A DNA stretch of 64,000 nucleotides from Selaginella moellendorffii (Eukaryota; Plantae; Lycopodiophyta), in contig NW_003314381.1 of the NCBI RefSeq assembly GCF_000143415.4, positions 364,137 to 428,136 on the forward strand, written 5' to 3'. The notes under the pieces were generated by a model. That model was not told where the DNA came from. It saw nothing but the letters and a program-made list of their open reading frames with translations, and ran no database searches. Positions 1 to 14,044 of the stretch are shown in pieces (the first letter of the stretch is position 1; the number at the start of each line of letters is the position of its first letter). A program made the position numbers and the translations under genes.

Positions 1-21
1 ATAGCTTTCATTTTTCTTCAG

Positions 22-357
22 GGAATCCGGCTGGAGCTGTGCACCAAGGACAGGGTGGGCCTCCTGTCCGACGTGACTCGCATCTTTCGCGAGAACGGAC
101 TCTCGGTGACGAGAGCGGACGTGTCCACACAAGGTGACAAGGCCGTCAATGTGTTCTACGTGACGGACGCGTCCGGGAACCCGGTGGACAGGCGGATCGT
201 GGAGGCGACGCGCAAGGAAATCGGGCAAAGCATTCTCCAGGTGAAGGATTTGACGCCTTCTTCCCCAAACTCCCAGCACGAGGTCGCGAGCAAGTCGAGG
301 TTCTCGTTTGGGACCTTTCTCTACAGCCTCGGCCTGATAAACTCGCAACAAGTCTAG
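22..357 (+). CDS. ACT-domain repeat protein (ACR family), last exon; gene starts upstream of window
   Basis: After the acceptor ttcag it reads GIRLELCTKDRVGLLSDVTRIFRENGLSVTRADVSTQGDKAVNVFYVTDASGNPVD, a typical fourth ACT domain of plant ACR proteins; TAG at 355-357. Confidence 0.9.
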   Translation, partial: GIRLELCTKDRVGLLSDVTRIFRENGLSVTRADVSTQGDKAVNVFYVTDASGNPVDRRIVEATRKEIGQSILQVKDLTPSSPNSQHEVASKSRFSFGTFLYSLGLINSQQV

Positions 358-360
358 AGC

Positions 361-452
361 TTGAATCACAGCCGTTGGATGGCGAACGCCGGATGGTTGT
401 GACCGTCCGTTTGTATAACAGCCGGAGTTTGAATCACAGCCGTTGGATGGCG
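361..452. repeat. 24-bp direct repeat TTGAATCACAGCCGTTGGATGGCG (361-384, 429-452) in the CarA upstream region, each containing a TCCAACGGCT (MSA-like) motif on the - strand
   Basis: Direct reading; a telo-box-like AACCCTAA follows near 511. Confidence 0.7.
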
Positions 453-538
453 CCAACCGTCCGTTTGCTGGAATCACTTGGGGATATTCTTGGCTAGAGG
501 GTTTTTATAGAACCCTAACGAGGGGGAGAGATTTTGCG

Positions 539-2771
539 ATGGCGATCCAGCATGCATTGTCCTCCCCTTGCTCGTCTACTGTGTCTGGGAAGCGCGGATC
601 AAGCGCCGCAGCTTGCGAGCGTCATGGATTTCGTGGATCGCAGCTCCGATTTGGCTACCGGCATCGGAAATGCGGCCGATCGCTGCAGGTTTTCTGTTGT
701 CAGTCGGCGCCTGCAGCTGCGACGGAGATGGAAGGTGTCGCTGGCGCGCTGTGTATGTGATTTCATCTTCTTGCTTGCTTTGGATCCATTGTAATCTTCT
801 TTCTTGGCTCTTTTGTGGGACAGTTGAGCGGCCATGGAAGACTAAAGACACAAGGCTTGTTCTTCAGGATGGATCAGTGTGGAATGGCAAGTCTTTTGGA
901 GCTTCTGGAACGCAAGTCGGAGAAGTTGTTTTCAATACTGCCATGACCGGGTATGTATTTCTCTTTCCATTTTGGATCACAACCACTTTAAAGTGTTGCA
1001 TGTCCTTCCCAGGTATCAGGAGATTATCACTGATCCGAGTTATGCTGGCCAGTTCGTGGTTATGACTCAGCCGCACATTGGGAACACTGGCGTCAATTTT
1101 GGTCAGTTTTTCCGTTCTCAACCTTGGGTTTTAACATATGGTTTCTCTAGAGGACGAGGAATCCAGTAAGTGCCATCTTTGTGGTCTAATTGTTCGAAGC
1201 TTAAGTGACCAGTAAGTACGCTAACCTTTAGAAAATACTCAATTTTTTTTTTGGTTTTGTTCTTTCTTCTGTGTCTAGCGTTTCAAACTGGAGGGCTACT
1301 CAGACACTGGCAGAATATTTACAAAAGAGGAACATCATGGGCATATGTAAGGCGAGAGTCTGTTGCTTTGNNNNNNNNNNNNNNNNNNNNNNNNNNNNNN
1401 NNNNNNNNNNNNNNNNNNNNNNNNNNNNNNNNNNNNNNNNNNNNNNNNNNNNNNNNNNNNNNNNNNNNNNNNNNNNNNNNNNNNNNNNNNNNNNNNNNNN
1501 NNNNNNNNNNNNNNNNNNNNNNNNNNNNNNNNNNNNNNNNNNNNNNNNNNNNNNNNNNNNNNNNNNNNNNNNNNNNNNNNNNNNNNNNNNNNNNNNNNNN
1601 NNNNNNNNNNNNNNNNNNNNNNNNNNNNNNNNNNNNNNNNNNNNNNNNNNNNNNNNNNNNNNNNNNNNNNNNNNNNNNNNNNNNNNNNNNNNNNNNNNNN
1701 NNNNNNNNNNNNNNNNNNNNNNNNNNNNNNNNNNNNNNCAGAAGATTGAGAAATGATGGAAGTTTGAATGGGGTCCTCAGCACTGATGCAACTAAAACGG
1801 ATGAAGAGCTCTTACATATAGCTCAAAACTGGACCATTGTTGGTAAGAGGAATCTTGGATGACACAAATCATTCTTTTTTTTCTCTGACTTCTCGTAAGT
1901 TTCTCTTCAGGGAAGGATTTGATCTCAGGTGTAAGCTGTACACGGCCTTATGAGTGGAAAGATACTACACGCCACGAATGGGAGTTTAGCAAGGACGCGG
2001 TTGCAGCTTGTGACAAGCTACAGGTAGCTCATTGATTCTTTTTTCTTACTTCAGAAAACATGTGTAACCTCTATGGCAGGTTGTGGCTTATGATTTTGGT
2101 GTCAAGCGTAACATATTGCAGCGCTTGGCTTCTTATGGCTGCAACATCACGGTGGTGCCGTCAAACTGGCCAGTCTCGGAAGTGATGAAGTTAAAACCAG
2201 ATGGCATTCTTTTCAGCAATGGACCCGGTGATCCATCTGCGGTACCATATGCCGTCGAAACGGTGAAGGAGCTGCTGGGACAGGTTCCAGTGTTTGGCAT
2301 TTGCATGGGGCATCAACTCCTGGGACAAGCACTGGGTGGAAAAACGTTCAAGATGAAGTTTGGCCATCACGGTGGTAACCATCCTGTTCGCCATCTTCCT
2401 ACGGGACGTGTTGAGATTAGCTCCCAGGTACGTATACCACAGCTATTCACTGGTCACTAAGCTAATGCTTGATAATTTCATTTTCCTCTCTAGAATCACA
2501 ATTACGCTGTGGATATTGCGACTTTGCCGGAGGGAGTGGAGGTCACTCACGTCAACTTGAACGACGGAACTTGTGCCGGGTTAACGTACACGGCCATGAA
2601 GGTGATGGGCATACAATACCACCCGGAGTCGTCTCCAGGCCCGCATGACGCTGATCCAGGTAAGGCTGCAAATCTCTCCATCAATCAAACGTCTCGCTAA
2701 GCTTTGTTTTGTTGATGACAGCGTTTTTTGAGTTTGTTCAAATGATGATACAAAACCGGCTGCTGCAATGA
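539..2771 (+). CDS. CARA: Carbamoyl-phosphate synthase small chain (glutamine amidotransferase), plastid-targeted, multi-exon; contains N gap 1371-1738
   Basis: Transit-peptide-like N-terminus; [60 protein letters not shown], catalytic FGICMGHQ and QYHPE; last exon ends [18 protein letters not shown] at 2771. Confidence 0.95.
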
Positions 2772-4133
2772 CAAGATTTTGATTGAAGGAAACCCGTGAT
2801 CGTTTCTTTCAGCCCGGAGTAAATAATACCATGGTTTTTGGGGGGTCATGGACCGAAATTGTGATTGCCCGTCTCACTCCGGAGAAAGGAAGCACCAGGA
2901 ACAATTTGGAAATAAATGGCTAAGGTTTTGTGTGACCGTTGGATTGGATTTTGATTGCCACCGCTCCGGCGATTTGAGATTCCTACAATCTAGCCGAAGG
3001 ATGGGGAGAAAAAATTTTAAATGACGATAAAATCGTGAAATGATTGGAACTTCATGGTGATACCAACAACTTTGGTGCCGTGGGGATATTCCAAATCTGG
3101 TAAAATGGGCAACATTTCGCGAGTGTAAACGAGCCTCCAGCTTAAGGACTCATGTCCTTGGGCACGTTATCAATCATAATAATTAAATGCGAGGCTGGCA
3201 TGGCCACAATAAAATCGTGTAATTGGCAGTTTCGGCGCTCGGCCTGGGGACGGTGTCTTTCTTTACTGTCCGGCGTCCGGCGCAGTAAAAGCCATATTTT
3301 TACTCCGCGATAAGGACCGAGGAAACGGAAGAACGCCGCCGATCCACACCGATTTTCACACTATGCGCGGGTCAACGTCAAATCCGTTTTTACCGGGCTT
3401 CGCGCCATTTTCTCTGACGTGGCTTTTGTATGTCCGTACGTGCCATGTAGGATGGTATGAATTGTATGTATGAAATTGCTGCAGCTCTTCCTGGTAATCT
3501 AGGTAATAGGAGAGTACAGTCGCCGAACACAATACTTCATCGTAGGTTGTACAATATTCCATCGCGCCCCACATATCCTTGTACAAGAAGCGTACGGACG
3601 TGTACTTGCATCCACCACCATATATTTCTTAATGGGTGATAGGCATTTCCAAGAGTGGTTGTTTGTTTCAAAAGATGAACCATCACTAATTAGCTATGAT
3701 TCATTGAACATAGTTTTACGTTTCCACCTTTTTCTGCACTCAAATTTTTAAAATATTGTGATGGAATTTTTGGGAATAAATCTTGGGATGGAGAAAATCT
3801 AGTTGTCAGGAAATAATTCACAATCATCACAGGCTAATATTTATGAGGTTTCAGGGCAGAACCAGCCAGAGCAGAGATTCTTAACTGGTATTTCCCCTCC
3901 ATTTTCCACATTTGACCCTGTTGCTGCCACTGCTGCCAGTGGCACCAGAGAGCTATAGTGGTGAAAAGCCTCAAAATCCTGATTTTCTTACCACCTCAAC
4001 CATGGTAAAATTGGAAGCGATGTCAACATTCCAGTGATGGATGCAATGCAATTGATTAGCAAGAAAAAGCAGGCCTAGATAAAACCTCTGTGCCTCATAT
4101 GTAGTATATGATGTGCATACATTGTTCACCAAG

Positions 4134-4221
4134 TCAGCACCCTGTGTTGTGTGGCTGTGGGGATCCCAGAGGTGTGTTGTCATTGGAAGCTTTGGATTCT
4201 TGCAAGAAAGGATAGTGCAAT

Positions 4222-4259
<38 letters not shown>

Positions 4260-5810
4260 CTGTTGCTGTTGCTGTTGCTGTTGATGATGAACCAAAGCTG
4301 GTGATGGCGGCAATTGGTGCTGCTGGATTTGAGCCTGGGACCTGGAAGACGAGGAGCAATGCCCGCCAAAACCAGCACCATATGATCGCAGTTGTCCTTG
4401 CTGCGCAGCGCTGTAGATCATGTTGGAGACATGACTCATGGACGACTGCTGCCTCTGGAGCATGAACTGGTGCTGGCAATTCTGGTCTGGCTGCTCCGGG
4501 AAGTAGCAGAATTCCTCCTTGATAGCGGGAACTTGGGCGGCGGCGGCGGCGCTCGCGACTACCGAGCTGGGGAAGAGGTTGCTGAGATGCGGATGGAGCG
4601 AAGACACCACGCAGTCCCTGCTGCCACTGCTGCTGCTGTCGAGAAATCCCGCGAATTGATTGCTGGCGGCATTGCCACCGAAGAGGATCGAGGACGTGTT
4701 GATGCGAGGAGGAGCCGCCGCTCCCTCGCTGGAAGCCGGGGACACGTATGGCGAGGGCGACGAGAGGTTGGAGCCGTGATGGACCGCTCCAATTCCAATG
4801 TGGCGCGGCGAGGCGGTGGTGGAGCAATCCCCGGCCCGGCCAGCGTCCGCCGCTGCTAGATCCGCCAGCAGCCTCGTGTATCCCGCCGCTGCCCCTACAC
4901 TCGAGCCCATGAGATTGCTAAGACTGTTGTTGGGTCCTGCCGAAAGAAGCCCGCCAATGCTGCTGGTGGTGACGGTGGTGGTGGCGGTGGCTCCGCCGCC
5001 ACCCTGGCCTCCGCCGCCAGTGGTGGTGGTCGTCGTCGCCGTCGCTGTGAGAGAGCTCGGCCTTCCGGAAGAACAAGCGCCATTGTTGCCCACAATGCCG
5101 GCTAGTCCTCCGCTGCCCGAGGCAGCGCCACCGAGGCTCGTCGCAGCTCCTGATTGCCCGGCTTGTGATTGCTGCAGGAAAAAAACCAAGAGTTAGAAGG
5201 GGAAAAAAAAAAAAAAAAACGCCCAGACAAATCCGCTCTAGAACTCTTCACGAGGAATAAACAAAGAGTACAAAAGCAAGCACAGAAAAAAATCCGGAAG
5301 GACGAGTACGAATGCTCACGGCCTAGAGAAACTAAACAGGAAGAACAACAGAGAAGATGGAAGAACACATTGGATCCATCCAGCATTGGATCGATGCGAT
5401 GAGAGACTGACCTGGGATCTATAGGTTGTGCCGTCGGGCTCCACGATCCATCCCGCCTCCGTGGCCAAAGCTCGCAAGACGTCGTTGATGTCCGCCCTGG
5501 GCGGNNNNNNNNNNNNNNNNNNNNNNNNNNNNNNNNNNNNNNNNNNNNNNNNNNNNNNNNNNNNNNNNNNNNNNNNNNNNNNNNNNNNNNNNNNNNNNNN
5601 NNNNNNNNNNNNNNNNNNNNNNNNNNNNNNNNNNNNNNNNNNNNNNNNNNNNNNNNNNNNNNNNNNNNNNNNNNNNNNNNNNNNNNNNNNNNNNNNNNNN
5701 NNNNNNNNNNNNNNTGGATCGCCGCGCTGCTGCATTGGCGCCGCTGCCGCCGCTGCTCTGCCCGATCTTCCAGCCGCTTGCGCCACCGCTGCAAAGAACA
5801 CGAACGCCAC
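4134..5810 (-). CDS. BES1/BZR1-family transcription factor (non-canonical, no beta-amylase domain); start uncertain because of N gap 5505-5714
   Basis: [31 protein letters not shown] is the C-terminal half of the BES1_N domain; intron about 5173-5411; second exon is Gly/Ser/Gln-rich and ends [23 protein letters not shown]. Confidence 0.85.
4221..4283 (-). repeat. CAG/CAA trinucleotide repeat encoding poly-Gln in the BZR-type gene
   Basis: (TGC/TGT)n run on the + strand. Confidence 0.9.
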
Positions 5811-6393
5811 GGCGATTCCTTGGCCTCCATTCCCTTGCCCGAGCTCCAGAGACTACTGCCTAGCTCCAACTTTCGATCGGTCCCTTGGCAGCGAATCGCG
5901 CCGCCACTCCACTCTCTCTCTCTCTCTCGCTCTTTCTTCTTTCCTACACCTAAAATCTAATCCTCAGAAGCCTCCAAGCGGACAACCACCTCCCAGGGTA
6001 GGAAAAAAAACACAGCGCCGCGACGGACGGCTAGGATGAGTCGTTACACGAATATTCTGCGCACCGGAATCCGATAGGCAATTATTTTTCCTGGGAATGC
6101 GAGTTTGAAATAAAATCTTTATTCTTAACGTTAAAACGGACGGACGGATTGGACGGACGGGTAGCCACCGGTTTTTACCGGACGATGCCGGTCATTGGTC
6201 ACTGACAGCTGGCGGCGCTAGGAAACGCCTGTGTACATGATGCCAAGGACGCGGGGTAAGTAGCTCAACTGTAGTCTACTGCGAGATCTTAAGGGATATA
6301 GGTACAAATTATATTTCTTAAGTAAGAAATGGGAATTAGCTAAATATTTAAAATGATAGCAGCTTTGGGATTTTGTTTTTTAAAAGGCTTGGC

Positions 6394-6472
6394 GTAATCA
6401 ATTAGCATTAGTCCTCTATTCTAAGTCTTCAAAGTTAGAATAGAGGACTAATGTTTACTGCTAATTGAGTAC
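6394..6472. repeat. Inverted repeat/hairpin with a perfect 19-bp stem (6406-6424 / 6435-6453)
   Basis: CATTAGTCCTCTATTCTAA-10 nt-TTAGAATAGAGGACTAATG; outer arms GTAATCAATTAGC / GCTAATTGAGTAC also pair. Confidence 0.8.
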
Positions 6473-8539
6473 ATTACGATACTGAATCTATAGTTGTTGA
6501 GGTATGATTTCTTGGTTTTTACTTTTACAAAAAAGGGTTGGTAATGTTTTATTATTAGTATCCCATCAGATCTGACGAGGATTATTTTTTACTGCAAATT
6601 GATTACGTTCGTGCCCCATGAGATCTATAAAATTGTTGGTGGAGATTAAGTTTCACTACCAATTGATTGTATTATACTCGTTAAGGTTTTTGCTTTGACA
6701 GCGTGCTATCTTCATTGTATGCAATTTGGCAATTAACATGTTAGATTTGGCCTTAACCTTGGAGAATTTAGAATGAAGGATTAATTTTTACAGCTAGTTG
6801 ATTACATTGCACTTGATCTATGGGACCTACGAGATTTTAGGCCTTCACTTAGGTGTTGATAGAGGATTAACCGATTAATTACATTATATTTATGTTTTAT
6901 CTTATAAAAAAGAGTTGACGTGAGCTAGTTTAACTTATTTTTTATAACAATAAATACATTTAACTACCAATTGATTAAATTTCACTAATCTAAAGCATTT
7001 GAGGCATGATTTAGAATATTTTCCTTTTAAATTTTAAAATGATTGATAATGTGTATACTTTTATTTTCATTGACCCGTATACAAGTTGCTTTAATAAAAA
7101 ACAATTAAAGAATATGAATTTATTTATGATAAAAACATTATTAATGGCAAAGTTTTGAGACTAATGTAATTCTATTAAAATATATGTTTCGTGCTACTCA
7201 AAATTATACTCATTATTAGCATCAAAAGGAATGAATTGAATAATTTAGAATATTTTAGTTTATTTATTTATTGATTAATTTTTTTATAGCTAAAAATCAG
7301 GAGTAGCTTAAGTGATGTAATCAAGCAAAAAAAAAAAAAGGGTTTGAGCAAACACCCAAATCCAGTTTGAGTGTTTGAGCAATTTATAACCTCCTTAATT
7401 TGAGTTTCCTATAAGTGAAGGTAATGAACAATCAATTTAGTGAAATCTTAAATCCTTAATTTAAACTTCCCAAAACATCACCCCAATGACAATTAATTTC
7501 ACATATATCAAGACCTTTAACCAAGAGGAAAGGGATGTGTCTATTTATATGTCATTTCACTGTATTTATAGATTGTCTATGATGCCATTTTTTTTTGTTG
7601 TTTACAATTTACAAAAAGGAAAATTAATTTTAATATTTGATGTGATTCTCTTAGTTAACCAATAAAATTAAACTTTAAACCCTAAATATAAACTTTTAAT
7701 TCAAACTTCTCAAATATAGATTTGTGAAGATATAATATAAGTGTTTAGTGGAGTTGCATACATTAAAAATACATTAGCTTCTAAGTATTGATATGTGAGA
7801 AGATTCTTCTATAAAAACTAATGTTGTGATATTTTTTATTGCTTTCTTTCCACAATTGGGGTTGTGCATTTTAATTTTTGCAGACTATAATATCATGCTT
7901 GAGTAACAAGCATTACACAAGTGAGATGTCCTTAGTATAAAATAATTTGTAGAATTGGACATAAATTTTAATATAAAATGGAGTATGACAAGGAATTTAT
8001 AAAGCTGAAAATTGTTTTGATTAAACTGATTAGAGTTCATTCTATTGCACATCATAAATTGCATAAATGTTTTATATAGAAATGTATTATATATGATTAT
8101 AGAATGAGATTTGGATAAATTATTACTATGGATCCTTAAAACGTTAAAGAATAAATGAGGATAAAATAGTTAAAAAAAGCTCTTTTATTAAGTAATTGCT
8201 ACAGAAATAAAGTGTTAAGATGAATATATACATTTGACAAAATCGAAATGCATAGTTTAAACAAATATATAAGAAAAATTAAGCTAGGAAACTCAACCTC
8301 ACCTCCGTGGCTATTTTGCAGATCACTTTGTCAAAAAGGTTTTTCCATCCAGAATTCCCCACTTTAGTTTTTCCATGCTGTGCCTGTGTGGGAAGGAGTC
8401 CAGCAAGCTCCTTGACCTCTTCTCTACATACCAACTCTGAAATGATTACACAGAATCCATGGCTGGTTGTTGAGCAGATAAAAAAAAGGTTTGGTGGAGC
8501 CTGCATTTCACAGAAATCTTAGCATGCCATCCATCGACT

Positions 8540-10252
<1,713 letters not shown>

Positions 10253-10305
10253 TTAAAGACCAGATGGGCGCTTTCTTAATAAAATCCAACTGCGGGTCAT
10301 GGCGC

Positions 10306-10435
10306 CACGTGTGCCAGTCCACTTGCGAGTGACGGAATATTACATCCGCGGCAGTCGAATATTCTCAAATTTCGCCACCTACCCAGCTATATCTTTCTTT
10401 CCAATGTATTTGTCTCGTGTATAATGACACCTACC
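10306..10435. promoter_or_regulatory. HCT upstream region: G-box CACGTG (10306-10311) and two AC-I elements ACCTACC (10377-10383, 10429-10435)
   Basis: Exact motif matches 270-400 bp upstream of the HCT ATG; AC elements are known MYB sites in phenylpropanoid promoters. Confidence 0.6.
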
Positions 10436-10611
10436 TGGCAGGTATAAGCCATGAAACCTTCACCTTTACCTTTATCAAACGAGAAAACAATGGTTTCTTA
10501 GTATGATGAATTTTACTTGCGGGGTTAGCAGTGTCGATCAATATAAAAATGTGTAGGCACACACCAGAGATACGTACAATGAAGAATATGGATGAGAATT
10601 GACTGACCCGA

Positions 10612-13600
10612 TCATAGGTGGAATGGCGGGCTTGGCGGTGGCGGCGGCGGTAGCGGTGGCGGCGGCGACGATGGTGGCAGTGGACCTCGATTATAATCTT
10701 CCTGTCCATCCTCGTGCCTCGTCAACGAAGAGCTGCTACTGTTATTGTCGTCTCGCGAGTGATTCTCGGCCCGGGGAGAAACGTCCTCCATCTCCAATTC
10801 CCCGTCCACGTCCTCCATGACCACTGGAGCTCTTGCGCCTCTGTCTCTTCGCAGATCATCATCTTCGTCGACTTGACGAACGAGGAGGCCTGGCAACTGG
10901 AAGCTCGTGTTGCTGGAGTGAAAGATCACACAGGAGTTAACTCAGCCAGGAAGAACAAAGAAAGGATTACCTCCCATATTCATCGACTAGCATGTCGTCT
11001 AGACCACGTAATGGATCGTCGATCGCGCGGTCTTGCCGCTGGTACTGCCGCTGCGTTGTGTTTAGTCCTGCTTCCAGCTTCGCCATGGTGTCTTTCAGCA
11101 GCGATTCTTGCATGATATCCCTCTTGAGCCAGAGACTCACCACCTAGGAAGAAATCAATTACTACGAGAAGCTGGCGAACTAAACAAAAGAAATAAAGTT
11201 CTCGCACCAACCTTGACACATTGCTGACGGTTCTCCGATGGACTGTTTGGGGGCGCTACTGCCGACAGAAAGCGAACCAAGCACGCCTCCACAATGTGGG
11301 CATAGCCGCGGCCGGATGTTCCTGAGGCGACTCCAGACAAAGTCAGCACAGGGACGAACAACAAAGAAAGCATTTCACACACCTTTCTGATGATAGTATT
11401 GCGTCAAGGAGTCTACCAGGAATAAGACATCCACCCGCTTTTTGTGATCCCGCTCGTTCTTAAGCTTGCGCATGATTACGTCCATCACCTGTGCATAGAA
11501 GCTCGTCAACTTGAAACGAAAAGTGAGAATGAGACTTTGTACCTTTTTCCCGAGGCCTTTATTCGCACACTCCATAGCAAAGCGGGTTGCCTTGGAGATG
11601 CTCTCTTTCGACCGTGTGAGAGTTTCCAACATGCCTCGAAAGGTTTCCAGCTTGTCGACGCCTTTGGTCCTGAGCTGAATGTGCTTCTCGCCACTACTTC
11701 GGCGTTGAGATGGACTGGCCTTATGGTACTTATCAGAGTTGGGCCGCATAAAGAGTGGCGACTCGCGGTTTGAGGTTGTGGAGGTCGTTTCTATTCTCTG
11801 CTTCGCCTGAGCTGCAGCTTTTAGGAACTTCATAGATGCGGAGGACGTCTCATCTTTCTGAGCTAACCGCTGCTTCATCTCCTTTGCAGCTTCATAACTG
11901 TCAGTAAAATTCAAGTCCTTAGTATGAGTTCAAGAAGAGCGAAGGCAAACAAAGAACTTACGCCGCACGAACTTTGTTGGTATCTTCCTCAAAGAGCTTC
12001 GGAGGTGCTGCGGCAGAAACCGGAGAAAGCTCAGGCAGTTCCTTCGCTAACACAGTCACAGTCTTCGTCGTCGTCTGGACGGCTTTCGTTTGGCTCTCTC
12101 TTTCTCCTTTCACCCTCTTGTCCAGGGAATCGAAGTCTTCACGGTCCACTCTCAAAAACTTCTGCCGCTTGGACGGTGGCAAAGTTTCGTCCTTCCTGTC
12201 CCTGTGTTTATCCCTTCTCTTCACATCATCTTCAGAGTCGACCTTCCGTTTCTTTGTAGCATCCGAATCAGTACGCCTAAGCTTCTCATTTTTAGAATTC
12301 TTCCCATCGGAAACATCCGCCTTCGATTTCTTCAACAGTTTCTTCTCCAGCTTCTCAGTGTTCTTCGTGTCAAGTTTTGTATGCGCTTTCAAAGATTCGC
12401 CACTTGGCTGTCCTTTGTCGTCCTTATATTCTTTCCCACCATCTTGTTTCTTTTCTGATTTTTCACCACTTTTTACCGCCCTCTTCCTCCTCTCGTATGT
12501 TTTCAGGATCTTCGCTTCCACCACAATAGCAAGAGGAGAGACTCCTGCATCTGGTTCCGACTCGGGATTGTTCAGGCCAACGCCTTCTCTGTCATCCAGA
12601 TTCTCATTTCCCGCTGTCACATTCTCTGTCTCTGCTCCGAAGCGTTCTCCGCCATCCAGCTCCCTCGTGACATTTTCCTTTTCAGCTTTAGCTTCAGATC
12701 CTTCTCTCTCATCCAGCTTCTCGGTGGCATTCTCTCTCTCAGCTTCAAATATTTCTCTTTCATCCCCCTCTTCATGTATTCTGTCCCTCGCAGCTTCAAA
12801 TCCTTGCCTAGTTTCCATCTTTTCATCTTTGTCCACGGCATCTTCAGCTTTCTCGATCTGCTCTGACACCGTCTTTACTTTTCTTTCGGCATTATCCTCC
12901 ACGGACAGACACCTTGAGTTATCTGCCTCGGCAGTTAGCTTATCCAGCACCAAGCACGCAGCGCTTGCAAAGCTGTTCAAAGGATCCAGCCTTTCCTCCT
13001 CACCCAGCGGTTTCGCAGAGTTTCCATCAGCCGTTTCGTCGTGTTTCCTCCCAAACTCCTGCTCGTCTACAACTTCACCTCGGTCCGTTGTATCGCCGCC
13101 AGAAGAAACTGCTGCCGCCGGACCAGCTTCACTATCCCTGCTCACAACTCCCATCGAATCCCCACCATCTACATTCCTGGCCGGAGAATCAGTGCCACTA
13201 CCTGACTGATGGTCTTCGCTCGAAACAGCTTCCGCGAGCTCCTTAGCCGCTTTTCCTCCATCTATCAGCTTTTCCTTGAAACTGTCGACATAGTCACAGA
13301 TCCCTTTGACCGCAGCCTTGAAAGATTTGTGCGCAGACTTGGCCTTCTCGACGATGATGGCCCGAGCCGCAGGTGTAAACTCCGAGACTTCTTTTCTCTG
13401 GACGAAGCCACTGAAACAACACCACGAACACAAACCGTCATAGACTTTCCTGAAAGAACTCTACGAAAGAAAAAAGCTTACAGGTCGTTCGTTCCAAAAT
13501 ACTCCACGAAAACTTTCGAGGACTTGGGACTCATCTTGTGCTTCTCCGGTGTGCTCACCTAAGGAAACAAAGCGGCAAGAAAAATCTCACAACCCAGAAG

Positions 13601-13831
13601 CCATTTCCAGCACAATGCGGACCAAGGCAGCGCATTCCAGGCAGAAATCACACGATTCTCATCGCAAGCAACACAATGTAGACCAGAAGAACCGAGAAAA
13701 ACTCGCCATACCTTTGCTGGCCATGCCGGATAGCCCTTCACCTTCGCCAGAACCAAATCGCCAACATTCCAGGCCTTCCTGGGACCTGCTGGTGCCCCTG
13801 CCGACGCCGATTTCCTCCGACCGGGAGCCAT
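10612..13831 (-). CDS. HUA2/HULK-like protein (N-terminal PWWP, CID/RPR domain, Pro-rich tail), multi-exon
   Basis: MAPGRRKS...VGDLVLAKVKGYPAWPAK; VEYFGT; CID-like FRGMLETLTRSKESISKATRFAMEC...KRVDVLFLVDSLTQ; Pro-rich end [20 protein letters not shown]. Confidence 0.9.
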
Positions 13832-14044
13832 AGCAACTAAGAACCCTAGCCTTTGCCCTAGCCCTGCTTCTCCACTATACCGTAAAGAAGATAATAGCCT
13901 ATAGCGAAGAAGACCCCACTCAAAACCACCAAGCAGCTGCTCGAAAAAAAATAGCTCTATGGAATTCTTGCCGCTGAGAAAGAAAAGCGTTTGATCGAAG
14001 CTCCAAACTTTTTTTTGGTTGGATCGAGAAAGATAAGAACTTGG

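Noticed and set aside
1251-1862. ORFs with long X runs (also 5102-6039)
   Set aside because: Artefacts of assembly gaps.
3420-3605. GTCCGTACG/CGTACGGAC inverted pair as a MITE
   Set aside because: Only 9 bp perfect and no target duplication found.
11974-13209. 411-aa Ser/Phe-rich ORF on the + strand
   Set aside because: Antisense shadow of the Glu/Lys-rich HUA2-like exon.
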